Shown: positions 28,301-40,300 of the stretch, in pieces
Position numbering within the stretch: position 1 is the first letter of the stretch
How the letters are laid out: each line of letters begins with the position of its first letter
Assembly (NCBI RefSeq): GCF_030684315.1
Contig: NC_081369.1
Span: forward strand, 57,516,477 to 57,580,476
Source of the DNA: Stegostoma tigrinum
Lineage: Eukaryota
Reading direction: 5' to 3'
DNA: 64,000 nt
Notes under the pieces: model-generated
Told to the model about the DNA's origin: nothing
Seen by the model: the letters and a program-made list of their open reading frames with translations, nothing else
The model's database searches: none
Translations under genes and position numbers: made by a program

Positions 28301-31300
28301 GGAAAAATTTAAAAGGGACCTAAGGGGCAACTTTTTCACGCAGAGAGTGGTGCGTGTGTGGAATGAGCTGCCAGAGGAAGAGGTAGAGGCTGGTTGAGTT
28401 ACAACATTTTAAAGGCATCTGGATGGGCATACGAATAGGAAGGGTATAGAGGGATATGGGCCACATGCTGGCAATTTGGACTAGATTAATTTAGGATATC
28501 TGTTTGACATGGACGGGTTGGACCTAAAGATCTGTTTCTATGCTGTACAGCTCCATGACGCTACGACCTAGTGTTCTGCAGCCACCAAAGAACTTTTGAA
28601 GTGTAGTTACTCTTGTGAGGAAGTAAAGTTGTTGAATGTATTCCTTCAGCAATAAGCGTTGGACAATCTTTTTTGTAGTGACATTTGGGTTCATTTCAGA
28701 CTGATTGAGAATAAAGTATAGTTGAGAACTGTCTTCAGATTTGAACTCCAAATTGACATTATAAATAATGGATTAATGCTAAATATTGCTGACTGTGGCA
28801 CTCATAGAAACACCAGGTTGAGTTATTGTTGCATTAAGCAGGTACATTATTCACAAGACTGCTCAAGTGCCCTGAGGCCCTTGCACAAGCCACAGTACAC
28901 CCAGTGAATTTGCTGCAGCGTTATTTTATATTAATTGGTGGGAAAGGTGAATGAGCATCAAGCTGAAATCTTACTCAAAAGTTAGCATCTCCTGCAAAGC
29001 TGAACTCCATTAGAACTACATTGTAATTCCAGCCAAGGCATTGGAGAGGATTCTGAGCTCATGATCCACCTGATTAGCAGCAGGGGTCACACCTTGAACT
29101 AATATTTGAATATGTGTTAGCTCCAGTAAATATAGTCAAGGCGGTCGAGATGTCTATCCGGACCCTTTGCATTTCCATTCAAGGTACAAAGGAACCTTGT
29201 ATTATTGTGTGGCAAACTGAAATGCCAAGTCAGCCTTTTTATTTGCTTTAACAGGGTTTCGGGCAGCTCACAGATGATTAGGCTCCAGTAATGTCATATG
29301 ACTGCACTGAGTTTAATGAGCAGTGCAAGCATATGGGTTTCACGGTGTGAATTGAATGGATTTTTCTTTTAGCACTGATTGCTCATTGAGATAGGCTTTG
29401 AAAGAATGATTTTTCAAACCGTGCCATTGTTGCCAGCTTTAATGAGGAACACTGCCAGACCTGGCCCAGGGCCAGCTTTGGTTTGGATCCAACTTTGAAG
29501 CTTACAAAAAGCCTCACTTTATCCAAAGATTGTGAGCAGATTGATTTTCTTTTCTTTAATAAGAGGGTTAGGTTTGTGAATACAAAGGCAAGACATTGCC
29601 AGTTCCTTTTTCTGACCAAAAGAAAGAAAACAAAGGATTTGCTTGTACTTGTTATATGACTTCTACAACCTTAGACAATCCCAAAGTGCTTCAGAACCAA
29701 TTAAGTGCTTGTTCAATTGTAGTCATTGTTGCAAAGCAAGTGGATATGTCAATCAGTTTGGGCGCAATATAACCAATATGATGATAACTAGCAAATCTTT
29801 TTTCAGTGATGTTCATTGCATAACTGTTGGCCAGACCATGGAGAGTTGTTCTTTGTCAAAATACTACCATGGCAACTCTTATACCTGTTTGAAAATGCAG
29901 ACAGGACCCTTCATAAGTATTATTTTGTTATCAGTTCAGGGGTTACAAGTACTGTTGGTTAGACCAGCATTTAATGTCCATCCCTAATTGCCCAGAGGGC
30001 AATCAAAACTCGACCACACTGCTGTGGATCTGGAATCACATGTCGGCCAGACAAGGTAAAAGTGGTAGATTTCCCTCTCTAAAGGACATGAGTAATTCAG
30101 ATGGAGTTTTACAACAAATAGTTCTTGGTTACGTGGTCACCACAGACTACATTGGAAAAGTGGAGAGACTGCAGAGTTAAAGTTTCAAGTCCAGTCTATA
30201 GAGCTGGAGCTCAAAACGTCACTGAACCCAAAGCGTTAACTCTGCGGAGTTAATGCTTTGGGTTTAGTGACGTTTTGAGCTCCAGTTCTGAAGAAGGGTC
30301 GCTGGACTTGAAACTTTAACTCTACTTTCTCCGCACAGATACTGGCAGACCTGCTTAGTTTTTTCCAGCAATTTCTGTTTTTATTGTTTCTGAATTGCAG
30401 CATCCACAGTTCTCTTGTTTCTTTCACACTGGAGAAGTACTGTATAACTAAAAGTTATCTTTGCTCGGACAAGTAATCTCATTGATAATGTAAATCGACT
30501 TGTCATAGAGAGTGACTGAGAATGATCTCAGTAAGGGAGAATATTTTCACTGTACTTGTCCCAGTCACTTACCATCGTGGTATGAATCTATACGCAACGT
30601 CATTGCTTGTACATTTACATGCAGTTGTAATTCTGAAGTATACATGAAAAGACTCAGGACATGATTTTCAGAATTTAACCTGAAAAGGATTATTGAGAAA
30701 TGCTTTACCATAATTCATTGACCTTTAATCAACTGGCAGATGTGGGAGGTTTCATTTTTTCCCTGCAACGTTCATCAATTTTAACAGACTGCCGCAAGTG
30801 AATTTGTTCCTGAAATATTAAACAGCTATTTTAGCCAAGTACTTTAAATCAAAGAAATAAGTTAATTCATGTTTGACCTGCTTTTTCTATTTTCCTGTTT
30901 GCTCTTTTGTTTTTAAATTCATCACCTCGACTTTATTTCTGTTGAACATACTTTAATAATTTTTAAAAAATCATTATTAGTCTGAACGTGGGTACACAGG
31001 GCATGATTTCAAAGCTTGTAGACTTTATTTATTTTATCATCCTCATTGTTAACATGGCCACCATTTATTCCCAACGTCTAATTGCCCAGAGAACAGTTAA
31101 GGGCTAAACAGATTGCTGTGGGTCAGGGTTAGGGTTAGGATTAGGGTAAGACCATAGACCAGACAATGTGAGGACGGTCCTCCTTAAAGGACCTGAGTGA
31201 ACCAGTTGGATTTTAAGGGCCATGAGTAATGGTCACATGACTGCCACCATGTCAGCTTTTCATTCTGGTGTTTATATGAAGACCAGTCAAAGCCTTAAAA

Positions 31301-34300
31301 TGTATTAAACAGTAATAAAGTAGCAATAGACTTTAGCAGGATTTAAACAATCTAATGACCTCAGCAGAGATGGCAAATGAAATTCAATGCAGGTAACAAT
31401 GTACTAAATAGGAGCAGGAATAGGCCATTCAGCCCATTGAATCTGCTGTGCCATTTAACTAGATCTCGGATGATTGCCTACCTCTGTACCATTTCTTGCA
31501 TTATCCAGATAATCCCTTGATATTGTTAATACCTAGGGATCTCTGTCATTACTGTACTCAACGACTGAGCATCTTTTGTAGTAGAGAATACTAAAGATTC
31601 ATCACTCTCTAAGTGAATGAGTTGTTTTTCATCTCAGTCCTAATTTGACTATCTCATATTAAAATGGGAATTCAGGCATTAAAAAAAGGTGCCATACAAG
31701 GTGATAATTTTCAAAATTTTATTATCAGAGATTGCATTAAGCTCCATACATTCAGATTAAGCCAAGAGGACTCGAGTGGGTAAAGTCGGAGCAGCTTCAG
31801 ATTATATAGCTTGTATGAGGGGGTGTAGCTACAAATTTAGGGTGATAGACATAAGACAGATGTCAGAGGCAGGTTCTTTACTCAGAGAGTGGTAAGGGTG
31901 TGGAACGCCCTGCCTGCCAATGTAGTTAACTCAGCCACATTAGGGGCATTTAAACAGTCCTTGGATAAGCATATAGATGATGAAGGGATAGTGTAGGGGA
32001 ATGGGCTTAGATTAGCTCACAGGTCGGTGCAACATTGAGGGCTGAGGGCCTGTTCTGCACTATGTTGTTCTATGTTCTATGTTCTATATAGGGTGACAAC
32101 CTATATTCTAGGTCTGCTCATTGCCTTTGCAAAAATATCTGCCTGACTAATTGCTGTTATGCCATGCACTACATCCTGGTTAAGACAAAAAATATTTTCT
32201 AATTAAGATTTGCTAACTGGCCATAAACTACCCTAGCCATAAGCTAATGATAGTTGACACCACAACATATATGACATGGCTGGATGAACACAGCAGGCCA
32301 GGCAGCATCAGAGGAGCAGGAAAGCTGACGTTTCAGGCCTAGACCCTTCTTCAGCAAAAAAGGGTCCAGACCCGAAACATCAGCTTTCCCGCTCCTCTGA
32401 TGCTGCCTGGCCTGCTGTGTTCATCCAGCTCCGCACCTCGTTATCTCAAACTCAGGCATTGGCAGTTCCTACTATCTCCACATAAGACATGGCAATCAGT
32501 GGTGGGCAGCATTGCTTAATTCTACAGTCTAACCACAGTTAAAATTCCTGTGGATTCAGGAATAATCCTCAATCTTTACAGCTTTAAGCCTTTATGGTTT
32601 TAAGAATTGCTCATACATACTGTTGGCAGCGACAAACACTGGATATTCAAGTAGCCAATGGGTTAATAATAGGAGAAATCAATAATGGAGAAACAACACT
32701 TAATCATAAAGTCTTTCGCTTCAGACTTGTAGGACAAGTGCAGGAGCACATATGAGCTAGAAGCTAGTCAGTTGGCAGTTTGAGATCCCATTGGGAAGAG
32801 AGGATTTGTGGGAGCAATCCTGTTCAGAGGTCCAAGTAGGAAACAGGAAGATATCCGGGTTCCGTGAGTAAGGTTAGAAATCACTGTTGAGCTAGGGGAA
32901 TTAGTTAAATTGGTGCAGAATGGGCTGAGAAAGTTAGAATGTAAAAAGGATTACATACAGAATGAACATTCACGTTGGAGTGAGCAGACATCATGCGGTG
33001 CAGCTACACTAGGGAAACCCAGAGTGGGAGCAATAATTTAACTAGATGTCACAGAAGTCATAATGCCAAGAAACCAGAATTAGGGAAACACAACAGCCAT
33101 TTAAAATCCTAAACAGACAGAGTCTAATTGAAGAAGCTGATAAGGAGACTATTGAGACTGTCATCAGAGCAAGTGCTCCCTAATGTAAAGAAAATAGTTT
33201 TGGCTTTACCTGGGAAAGTGATGTGAATAAAAGGGTGTTGTTTATCAGGCCATGAAAGCCAGGAAGTCAATCACGTGGCCACGATAAATCATAAACTTAC
33301 ATGTTGCATTCAAACAGATGGCAGTCTACAATAACTGATGCAAATTTTAAAAAGTTGAAGGAGCAGTGCAACCTGAGAAGTCTTTAAAGGTGACACATTC
33401 AGTTGTTAAACCTATAAAAAATTAAGATTGTATGATCCTTGTTTTTTTTAATCTCTGAACTTGGTGGAGAAACTCAGCTCTTCTGGTAACATATTTGTGG
33501 AGAGAAACAGAATTAATTCAAGCCCAAATGACTGTTTTTCAAAACAGATCTGAACTGACCTGAAATAAGTCCAAAGCTGTGCAGGTTCAGTGGATTAGCC
33601 ATGCTAAATTGCCCATCGCATCCTGGGTAGATTAGCCAGGGGAAATGCACAGTTACAGGGATAGGGTAAGGAGGTGTGTCTGGGAGGGATGCTCTTCAGA
33701 CAGTTGGTGTGGACTCGATGGGCTGAATGGCCTGCTTCCATATTGTAGGGATTTTATGATTCCATGATTGTAAGAGTCATATCAGAATCAAAATGTTAAT
33801 TCTCTTTCTCTGTCTCACTAGATGTTACCAGAAGTACTGAATTTCTCCAGCGTTTTCTGTGATTATTTCAGATTTCCAGCATCCATATTATTTTGCTTTT
33901 ATTCCTTGTTTTATTTTAAGTTGAGGCATTGAATACAAAGGAAAGGAAGGAATTGGAAGCCTTTATAAATCACTGGTTAGGCCTTAATTGGCAGATTATG
34001 TCCAATTCTGACCCAACATTTCACGAAGGAAGTCAGTGCCTAAAAGAGAACATCAAACAGATTTACCATTGGACCAGGGATGATGGACTTTAGTTCTGTA
34101 AAGATGCAGTTGAATCTGGGTTGTTATCCTTGGATCAGAGCAGATTCGTGGCAGATTTAATAGGTGTCTTCAAAGTTATGAAGAGTTTGGTAGCATTTTA
34201 GAAAGAGAGAAACTGTTTTCTCTGATGGAAGGATCAGTAACCAAAAGAAAGTGATTAAGAGAATTATCAATAACGCAGGGGGAATGTGAAGAGAGTTCTT

Positions 34301-37300
34301 TTATTCAGTAGATTGCGATACCATGGAATGCAGTGCCTGTATATTGGTAGAACCTGAATCAGTGGTAATTTTCAATTCAAAATTGGATGAATTTTAAAAA
34401 AACAGGAATGTTTTACTGTGTTATGACAGAGCAGGAGTGGTAATACTAATTAGGCATTTTTTAGGAAGAATATGCATATTGGATCAAATAACATGATAAG
34501 ATTCTATGAGAGTAGTTTTCACTAAAGACAAAGTTTTATTTGAAATGTATTGATTCATGGGATGTGTACATTGTTGGCCAGGACAGCATTTTCCCATCAC
34601 TAATTGCCCTGGAGAAGGTAGCAATGGACAGGAACATAGGAAGAGGCCATTCAGCCCCTCAAGCCCGATCTGCCATTCAATGTCTGAACTGAGGTGGTGT
34701 GCTGAGAAGAGTGGTTTGTGCTGAGTAAGGAATCAAGTAGTTTTAACATCTTGGATTCAGCTGTTCATAGCTCAATTTAATTAGTCTCATTGGTGAGCAT
34801 GAGTCACGCTCTGACATGATGTGGTTTTCTATGTGTTACTTCGTGTAACAGATACCATGGAGAGTAAGGTTCTTATTGAGTGAAATATCTCAGAGTTTAT
34901 TGGCAGCTAACAAGATATGATATGTAAGAACCAAAAGAACTGCGGATGCTGTAAATCAGGAACAAAAACAAAGTTGCTGGAAAAGCTCAACAGGCCTGGC
35001 AGCATCTGTGGAGGGTTTAGTATCATAAAGGGCTTGATGAAAAAATAAAGAAAACAAACTGTTCGCATCGGCTGAAGCACAGAGAAGCAAACTTAAGATG
35101 ATTGACAAAAGAGATAAAGGCGATACATAGAAAAACTGCTTACAATTTGTTAGGATTTGGAGTGGAAGTTCTTACAGCTTAGTAGGTAGTGTCCCTATCT
35201 CTATCCCAGAAGTCCCAGCATCAAGTCCCATTCCAAGACTTGATGGCCAAGGAAGATGTGTTCAATTGTGGCCAAACTGGTGGGCTGTCATATGTTAATC
35301 CTCACAAGACGCCAATAGAGGAGCTCACACTGAGAGACCATTGCTCAGCTGTACAAGATGTGGAGTGGCGATAACTCAAGGTGCAGTCTGTGGCAAACTG
35401 CTTGAGGAGGAATTAGCTGTGGAAACATATATGTTCTATTTGTGTCATGTGCCATAAGATATGGGATAGAAATAAAGAATAAAGAACGAAAGAATTGAAA
35501 GCTGATAGGGTCATACAGATTGTTTCAATTCCAGATTGGATAAGACTGATGGAGTGATTGCTTTTTGAAAGACTGATACAGATTCCATGGATGAATGGCC
35601 TCCTTCTGTGCACTTAAATGATCTACTTGGATGAAAGGCCTGACTGGAACCTAAAATATCTCCAGTCAGCCCTTTGATGATTTGAAGTAGATGAAAGGCC
35701 CAACTTGAATCAGTATATTTGTTTCCTGATGTCCTTGGAGCACAGGGCTAAGCAAATCATAACCTTGTACACAGCACTTTAAATAAACTTTCTGTCAAAT
35801 TCAGAACATTGTACTTAGAGACCTAATGTTTAACAACATTATCACCATAAGGGTCACTTATGAGCTGACAATGAAAAAGTGATTGTTCAGAGCACACAGA
35901 AGTCATTGATTTGTTCTTGTGCTGCATGTAAGGACAAGATTGCTGAATGGTGAATCTAGAATATAAACTAGTGATTGCAATTTTTGTTTTTGGTCAATTT
36001 AATCTCCAAATCCTGGTGGGTATTATGTGATTCTGGAATGTGATTTCATAGGAACCAGCAGTTTTGCCTCGTCTCATTGTTGTTTCATCTCTTTTCTTGC
36101 CAATTTCCTCCCCTGCTGTCCTTATCCTAACCCCATCAATTCCTCGTGGGTTTCATGGTATTGCTCATTCTCAGGTGTTTCATGAAATGGCTGGTGCTGA
36201 TACATAAGTGGCACCAATTAGTTTTCGGGTTGTGAGATAATTACCAAGAGTGGAAGGTTTGGAGCAGTTCCTCATTGTTACAGCCCAGAGACAGTAAGGG
36301 CCTATTATAGTACTTCTACTTGTGAGTCAACTCTACTTTTAGAACATAGAACATAGAACATAGAACATAGAACATAGAACAGTACAGCACAGAACAGGCC
36401 CTTCAGCCCACAATGTTGCGCCGACCATTGATCCTCATGTATGCACCCTCAAATTTCTGTGACCATATACATGTCCAGCAGTCTCTTAAATGACCCCAAT
36501 GACCTTGCTTCCACAACTGCTGCTGGCAACGCATTCCATGCTCTCACAACTCTCTGCGTAAAGAACCTGCCTCTGACATCCCCTCTATACTTTCCACCAA
36601 CCAGCTTAAAACTATGACCCCTCGTGCTAGCCATTTCTGCCCTGGGAAATAGTCTCTGGCTATCAACTCTATCTATGCCTCTCATTATCTTGTATACCTC
36701 AATTAGGTCCCCTCTCCTCCTCCTTTTCTCCAATGAAAAGAGACCGAGCTCAGTCAACCTCTCTTCATAAGATAAGCCCTCCAGTCCAGGCAGCATCCTG
36801 GTAAACCTCCTCTGAACCCTCTCCAAAGCATCCACATCTTTCCTATAATAGGGCGACCAGAACTGGACGCAGTATTCCAAGTGCGGTCTAACCAAAGTTT
36901 TATAGAGCTGCAACAAGATCTCACGACTCTTAAACTCAATCCCCCTGTTAATGAAAGCCAAAACACCATATGCTTTCTTAACAACCCTGTCCACTTGGGT
37001 GGCCATTTTAAGGGATCTATGTATCTGCACACCAAGATCCCTCTGTTCCTCCACGCTGCCAAGAATCCTATCCTTAATCCTGTACTCAGCTTTCAAATTC
37101 GACCTTCCAAAATGCATCACCTCGCATTTATCCAGGTTGAACTCCATCTGCCACCTCTCAGCCCATCTCTGCATCCTGTCAATGTCCCGCTGCAGCCTAC
37201 AACAGCCCTCTACACTGTCAACGACACCTCCGACCTTTGTGTCGTCTGCAAACTTGCTGACCCATCCTTCAATTCCCTCGTCCAAGTCATTAATAAAAAT

Positions 37301-40300
37301 TACAAACAGTAGAGGCCCAAGGACAGAGCCCTGTGGAACTCCACTCACCACTGACTTCCAGCTTCACCTGATGGTGGTGTACAATTTCCAAAGTTTGCCA
37401 GTGGAGACAGTTAGGATCAAGGTCCCAATCTGTATTTTGACTTATCTGGCGGCAGGCACCTTTCACAAATTGTGATACCCTTACAGATATGAGTGCCACT
37501 AAATTATCAAAGCATGATTCAAAGAGGAGATTTACTTCCCGTAGAAGTTTGGAACAATGTAATTTTATCTGCAGTGAGATTTTGGATCAGTTAATTTGGA
37601 TAACAAGGATTTCCGACCACTTTAATAAAGGTACTTCTTTGGTAACACCACTTGTTTCAGTTTACAGTCATAAATAATGCACAGAACAGGGAAATATACA
37701 TACAAAAAATACTTGGAGCTAATATCAATGTTATTATAATCCTCAAGGCACTTCACATTGAGAGAATTACCTCAAGAATGTCTAATTATTACGCTGCTCT
37801 TGCTAGCCTGAATTGACATGGTCAGTGACCGTAGAGAAAGACTCAGTTGTCATGTGAGCCACAAACAGGACAAAAGTTGGCCTCTCAAACAATTTAACAA
37901 CCATTTGAAATGTCACAAGTTGCAGTGGGACTTAAATCCACATTCTTTAGACTTGGTATTCAGAATTCTATCAATCAAACCAAACAGATAGACTCTTACG
38001 TTGCAGTTTCTTTATGAATACTTGAGATAAGTCTAAGTGGTGTGAGTAGCCTCCGACCTATCAGTGCACCTTATGTGGTAAACTTCTCAATTTGCAGAAA
38101 ATACCATTTTTATGCATTTGCCCATTTCAGACAGGGAGATGAAGGCTAGAAACAAAAACAAAGTTGCTGGAAAAGCTCAGCAGGTTTGGCAGCATCTGTG
38201 AAAGAATAAAAAGAAGCTGCCAGACCTGCTGAGCTTTTCCAGCAACTTTGTTTTTGTTCCTGATTTACAGCATCTGCAGGTCTTTCGGTTTTTACTTAGG
38301 GAGATGAAGGCTGGTTGAGGTGGTAGTGGTGGTCATTGGGTGAGAAAGTCTGCAGTTCTCTTGTTGGGGGATGGTTTTGCTGACACGAATTTTACTTTTG
38401 TGTTCCACCACAGGATATTTGCAAAGCCCTTTGGTGCCATAAGAGTGGGCACAGATGTGAAACGAAGTTTATGCCAGCTGCAGAGGGTACAGTTTGTGGA
38501 CCCAACAAGGTAAGTGGTACATGGGCATCAGATTGCACTGTCTGCTCCACCAGCGTCTGGTCATTAATTGTGGGTTACGTTTCACTCTCGTGGAGTGCGC
38601 TAAGATTTGGGGGCAGCAGTAGGCCATTCAGCCCATCTAGTCTGCTCCACCATTCAGTGAGATCACGGCTGATCTGATAATCCTGCACTCCACTTTCCTG
38701 TCTTCTCCAGGTTTTCGGTGGCTATATTACCACCCTTGGCTGAGGTGGCAGAGCAATAACCTAATGAAACTTTTCACATATGCCCTGATGCCCCAGTGAC
38801 TTAATTTACCCCCACCCTGTTATGTTACAGACTGGGCAAGTTCTTCCTCACCTCTCTGTTGTGTTGACTGATCTCCAGCTGGCTGCAGTTGTCCCTTGGC
38901 TATATCTTGGAGAGCACCAGCTGTGCATGCCAGGTGACAGGTGGGTTCCATAGTGCCTTGTGGTGTGAGCCAAGACCTCACCTTAGTTTAACAGCTTATT
39001 GGCCAGATTCCAGCATGAGTCAGTGCCTTCAGGAGAGAAGAGAAGTAAATTGAGGGCCTATTTAAATATCTGTTTAAGAGAGAGGATAAAAAATATACCT
39101 GCATTACTATTCCGCTGCTTAGATGATCCCCCTTCAGGCTTGTCTCAACAGTGGAACTCATCAATGAGATTACAGCCCGGTGCTCTCAATATTCTTTGCA
39201 GAGGGTGCAGGTGTAAGATGGGAGGCAGCATTAAATGATAAATTGCATAGTGCAGTACTCTGCAGAACTCACAGCACAGGATGAATGCAGGCATCTTGCC
39301 AGCCTGTGGTTCTTAATGCTAATTATACTGTATCTCTATCTTCCCTAACACTTGGACTGCAAAATTCATCACATGATTATAATTCTGGTGCTACAGGGAG
39401 TCTCAAGTTGAGAGTAAACATCCCCGGTCAGTGCCAATGCAGTCATCTCAGCTGGTATCAATCAGTTAATGCCCCCTTATTTTGTTAAATGTTAATCCTC
39501 TTAGTAGAGTTAGAAATGGTGGAGCAGAATCTCAGCTGCGAAGGAAAATGTTGTTCATGTCTGTTGCCGTCTCCAGCTCAGCTGGACAGTCTGGCTTTTG
39601 AACTGAAATGCTGTCCTGCAAAAAGAAAGGGGTGCTAAGTATCCTTGCTGTCTGTTGTTTAGAGAGATATTACTAAATGGCATCACCTGTGAGCCTTTCC
39701 CTGTCGTGTAACTGAAGGCAGAAACAAACTAGCACTGTGGGTCAGTGAAACATACAGCATGTATTCAGATGGCTTTCTCATGTGCTGATTCATGGGATTG
39801 AGGTGAGGGTTGGGGGGATGGCGGGGTGGGGTTGGGGGTTTGTTGGTATGGGTGGGTTCTGACTCCTTGACTTGACCCCTGTGCTTTTGGGACTTTTTGG
39901 CCTGCGCAAGAGATCCCCGACTGGAAGGAAGATCTGGCTACCCCAGATTCCTCACAAAGCATCTTTGCTGGTAGGGAGCTTTGCATTCGCAAGGGGTTTG
40001 CATAAAGTTAGTGTTGACAAGTCTTCATAAGCTCACGCTTCTGCCTTCCTTATCATCACAGTGGTGTCGGCGAGGTCAGTGCTTGAAGTACGGAGACGAA
40101 GGCCCCAAGCCTATTAACGGTCAGTGGTCCAACTGGTCAGAGTGGTCAGAATGCTCCCGGACCTGCGATGGTGGGGTTAACTACAGGGAGAGACACTGCA
40201 ACAGCCCAAAGTAAGGAACTTCTAATCCAGCTGCTTCCTCACAGAGAATATTTTATCTCCCATCTGTAGCTTATGTCAGGAATGGGTGTGTTTTGTTGAT

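Noticed and set aside
36754-37475. Overlapping ORFs of 102-174 aa on and opposite the CR1 RT
   Set aside because: Shadow frames of the young CR1 coding sequence with no independent protein features
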